Assembly: GCA_012295275.1 (NCBI GenBank)
Contig: CM022678.1
Coordinates: forward strand, 2,542,001-2,606,000
DNA from: Chrysomallon squamiferum
Lineage: Eukaryota > Animalia > Mollusca
Reading direction: 5' to 3'
DNA length: 64,000 nucleotides
Positions within the stretch are counted from its first letter, which is position 1, and every line of letters begins with the position of its first letter. Of this stretch, positions 60,267 through 64,000 are shown piece by piece. Below the pieces are notes generated by a model. It was not told the DNA's origin. It did no database searches and worked only from the letters and a program-made list of their open reading frames with translations. Position numbers and translations under genes: made by a program.

Positions 60267-61420
60267 ACTGCTACTACTACGTCTACTACTACAAGCACCA
60301 CCATCACCACTACTACTGCTGCTGTTATTACTACTGCTACGTTTTTGTTGTTAAAAAATCAGATTAAAATAAGAACAACAATAATAATAATAAAATAGTA
60401 TTAGTGCTAGTAGAAGTAGTATAATAAATGAATGAAGTAGAACGTAAATAATAATTAATACACACACACACACACAACACACACATCTTCTGAAACTGAG
60501 CAAGACCAGAACGAGACTCTAGATGTTGAATAATATAAATAGTGAAGACGAAAACGAGAAAATTTAATCATTTTATTTCCGAAGCACAACCGAAATGTAC
60601 CTTCTTCCCCTTCTCATCTTCCTCATTCTCCTATACCCCTTCCTCCACATAGTATTCCCTCCCTCTGCTACGTTTTTCCTCCTTCCCCGTTCCTTTTTTA
60701 CGGTTGTTGTTTTTTTATTTCATTTGTTGAATGAGGATGAAGGACCACTTACAGCTTTCGCTACACACTGCAGAATGTACATATGAATATGTATTTTTTA
60801 AATGTATATACACGTATGTGTGTATAATTGTATGTCTGTATGTGTGTTTGTACGTATGTATGTATGTTTGTATGTATATGTGACTGATGTGATGTTATTG
60901 CACCTCCTGCTATTCTGCTACCACTGCTGCTTTTGTTGCTGCGAATAGTATTGTGGTAGTTGTGATGGTGGTCGTGGTGATGTCGTAACATTAATATAAT
61001 TACAACATCACCTGTTGTATACGTATTTTTATTTTGTTTGTGGATATATATATATATATATTGTTTATAATTTCATTTAAAAGAAAGACAATTTTAATAA
61101 TACCAGATTCAAAAAATATAAAACTGAATAATAAATAAAAATAAATAAAATAAAGTGGAATGAAATAAAATAAAATAAAAAAAAATTTTTTTAAAAAAAA
61201 AAAAAAAAAAAAAGAGGAAAAAGAGTTACATTTCGAATTATTTTTATTTTAGAATTTATACAGTTAGAAACAATCATGTTTATAATTTAGAATTATTGTT
61301 ATATATTTACCATTACATCTATTAAAAATAAGTAACTAAATAATAATTCATCAATTAATTCATAAGATGAACAGAAAAGTTTAATGCCAGTTTCTAAATA
61401 TTAAAAAAGTAAAAGAGGTA

Positions 61421-61454
<34 letters not shown>

Positions 61455-61589
61455 TTAATTTAAACGACGAAAAATGAAAGAAGGAAAATAAAACGTCCCT
61501 TTTTTCACCAAACTTTACGAAACCTATTCATTCTGCTTTGTTAAAATGTTTTTATGTTGAATGGCATTCCCCCGAAATAAATTTATAAC

Positions 61590-62093
61590 AGGAAGTGACG
61601 TACGGGTACCTGCTCTGTGTAATATAGTTCGCAAAATTAGGACTGAAATATTTGATTAGTAACATTTAAAGTGGTCATACGTATTATCAGCCGTTCTACA
61701 AAATGTAAGTAAATATAATTTTATTTTATAATTGTAATTATATTTTAAAGTAATTGTTCACAGCGCGTATTAATATGCGGAAGTATATTGACACAGAAGC
61801 AATTTGTTCTGAGGCATGAAATAGATGTAAACTTTGATCGTTTAATTTTGGTGAATTATTGTGCCTATTTTTTTGGATTTACGTTTAGACAAGGATACCA
61901 TTCGACAGGAGAGTGTGTCCTGTGATGTTTCGGAGATCTTTCATAATTCTTCTCGCGCTGCTGGCCCTATGCAGTTGCACAGAAGCAAAACTAAAGGCAG
62001 AGAACGAGGTAGGTCAATCTTCAGTGTTTGTCGTTTCGGCTCCATTTTATCTCTGTGTACACACACCGTGTCTTTAGATTACTGAAGGTAAGT
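61590..62093 (+). promoter_or_regulatory. Possible promoter and 5' exon(s) of a downstream gene extending beyond the window
   Basis: GGAAGTGACGT at 61591 and CGGAAGT at 61778. GTAAGT donors at 61705 and 62088. GC-richer exon-like segment at ~61888-62087. No coding homology recognised. Confidence 0.3.
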
Positions 62094-64000
62094 GTCATCT
62101 CATACAAACAGCACAGCTTGTTATCATAAATGAACGCAACAACAAAGATGTCTACTACATAGATTTATAATTTTAAGTAATCACACTGTTATGGAGACAA
62201 TAACATCATATTAATTCTTTATCCCTTTCTGTGTTGCTGTTGGATTAAAAAGGCACGTTTGATTCCCCCATTACCGCCTCAGATGACCAAAATTAGTGTC
62301 AAAACATTGTTTTAAAATTCATTAAAAAGAAAACGATGAATTAATTTTGATATAATACGCAAATTAAGTTACTGTAACCACTATCATTGATTTATTGTAC
62401 AAATCAAAGATGTAGTTTCAGTTTGAACGACACTGTGACTGTCACTGTGTCAGAATACCAACAAGTCTAAATCTGAGGAATCGTCAAGTTTGCCATTTTT
62501 TTTTGTTCTTTTTTTTCTTCTTTTTTCTCATTAAAAATTAAATAATGTTTTAATTTTATTTATTTAACTGGGTTTGTTTGTTTTATGCTTAGATATCTGT
62601 AACACGTAGAACTTAAAGTGGCTTTATTATCTATTATAAAAAAATAAAAAATCATAATCATCGCACTTCAAAAAGCCCATTGTTTTATATTTCCGCTTTA
62701 TGGTTAAAGCAGGACAGAAATTACTTCAGGGATTGTGTGTAGTTGATATGTAATGGATATTTGCTTCTTCCTGTCAATATGTGGGAACACTGTATCGTAT
62801 TTCGCTCTGGTGGATATTTTGTTTTTGTGTGTGAATCAGAGACCAGGTTGTCTGGGTTGACATGTTTAAATGTTACCTTAATGTCACCTTATCATGTTTT
62901 TTGTCATCTTAACAAAGAACCAAGTTTTGACTATGTCATTCTCAGATAGTAAACAGGAGTCTGTTGACTTACTATATATAATTGTAAATAACTATACCTA
63001 ATAATAATAATCTCAGTATATCTTTAATAGTTCTATCTTCCAAGTTACATTTATTAGGGTTTGGGTTTTATGGACATTATTTATTTTTTCTTTGTTTCTT
63101 CAGGGGTTCTTTGAAAAAAAACAAAAAAACAACAACATCATTTAATTGATTTTTAATGAACTGTGAACACTTCAATTATTAATAAATGATTAATAAATGT
63201 TTTTGAAAATAAAGAACACATTAAAATTTAAATGATACCGGTTTTATTGAAGTAATTCAAGACAAAATAATTCCCATAATATATTTCAGTAAATAAATAA
63301 GAATAATAATAATATCTTGTAGCTTCTTTTTATAATATTTTATTTTCTAGATATCCGTATTTTGAAAGCAAAAAAAAAATATTGAGGAAGAATTGTTGAA
63401 CCCATAGACTTTTTATTCACACCTTTTAAATTAAATAATAATAAAATTAAAAAATAATAATAATAATAAAGTTATAAATCTGTCTGACATTTAAAAGGCT
63501 ATTTGAGTACAAAATAATTCATTTCCAGAACGTTTTAGTTTACAGTTTAATGGATGACATTATTTTACAAAAATATATAAAAACTAAAAATAAAAAAAAT
63601 AATTGCTAAAGCTGAGAAAACCTAATGCGTTGTTAAATATATTTAACACAGGTTAAAAACTAATAACATTAATTATTTTTTTAAATGAGTAAATTATACA
63701 TGACACTGCATCCACATGCACACACATACTTATGCATGGACACACATATACAGACTCACACCACACAAAAAAAGCAGACTACTGAGTTAACAAAAAATCT
63801 CCAAGATGAACTTAATGAGTGAGAAAAATCTGGCAGACGTGTTTCTTTGAAGTGAGTGACAGCCATACCCAGGTGTTTCCTTGTGTACGCAGAAAAACCA
63901 AACCTGGTTTTTAACGAGAACTAAAACCCTTCAACTACAGCGTTTTACCAGCTGTCTTCCCCAACCAGACTTGGTTACAGTTTAAAAAACAGACGTGTGT

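Noticed and set aside
59327-60790. Short GC-richer segments and ORFs downstream of FAXC
   Set aside because: No consistent splice structure or recognisable protein motif on either strand.

Overview
AT-rich, microsatellite-dense animal genomic DNA with spliceosomal GT-AG introns. It is probably a mollusc or other lophotrochozoan; this is inferred from intronless IAP expansion, a HINE-like repeat and gene content. Most ORFs in the supplied track are microsatellite artefacts, so real genes were rebuilt by hand from splice sites with phase checks. Left to right: (1) a decayed multi-BIR+UBA IAP copy (-) that still has a promoter, 5' exon and splice sites; (2) a 10-exon glucose-6-phosphate 1-epimerase-like gene (-); (3) a 2-exon orphan secreted prepropeptide with an acidic pro-region, basic cleavage sites and cationic amphipathic C-terminal peptides (-); (4) an intact intronless BIR-BIR-UBA IAP without RING, with a kB site next to its TATA (-); (5) a dead Tc1 transposon; (6) an SLFNL1-like RRM + Schlafen AlbA_2 + coiled-coil + CaaX gene (+); (7) an orphan disordered-protein gene (+); (8) FAF2/UBXD8 (14 exons, +); (9) a 4-coumarate-CoA ligase/luciferase-like acyl-CoA synthetase (11 exons, +) with a nuclear-receptor DR1/DR2 array at its TATA; (10) a FAXC/metaxin-like GST-fold gene (6 exons, +). 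The best candidate for undescribed biology is the secreted AMP/cytolytic-peptide-like precursor at 14904-16105, which sits in a putative immune/stress cluster.
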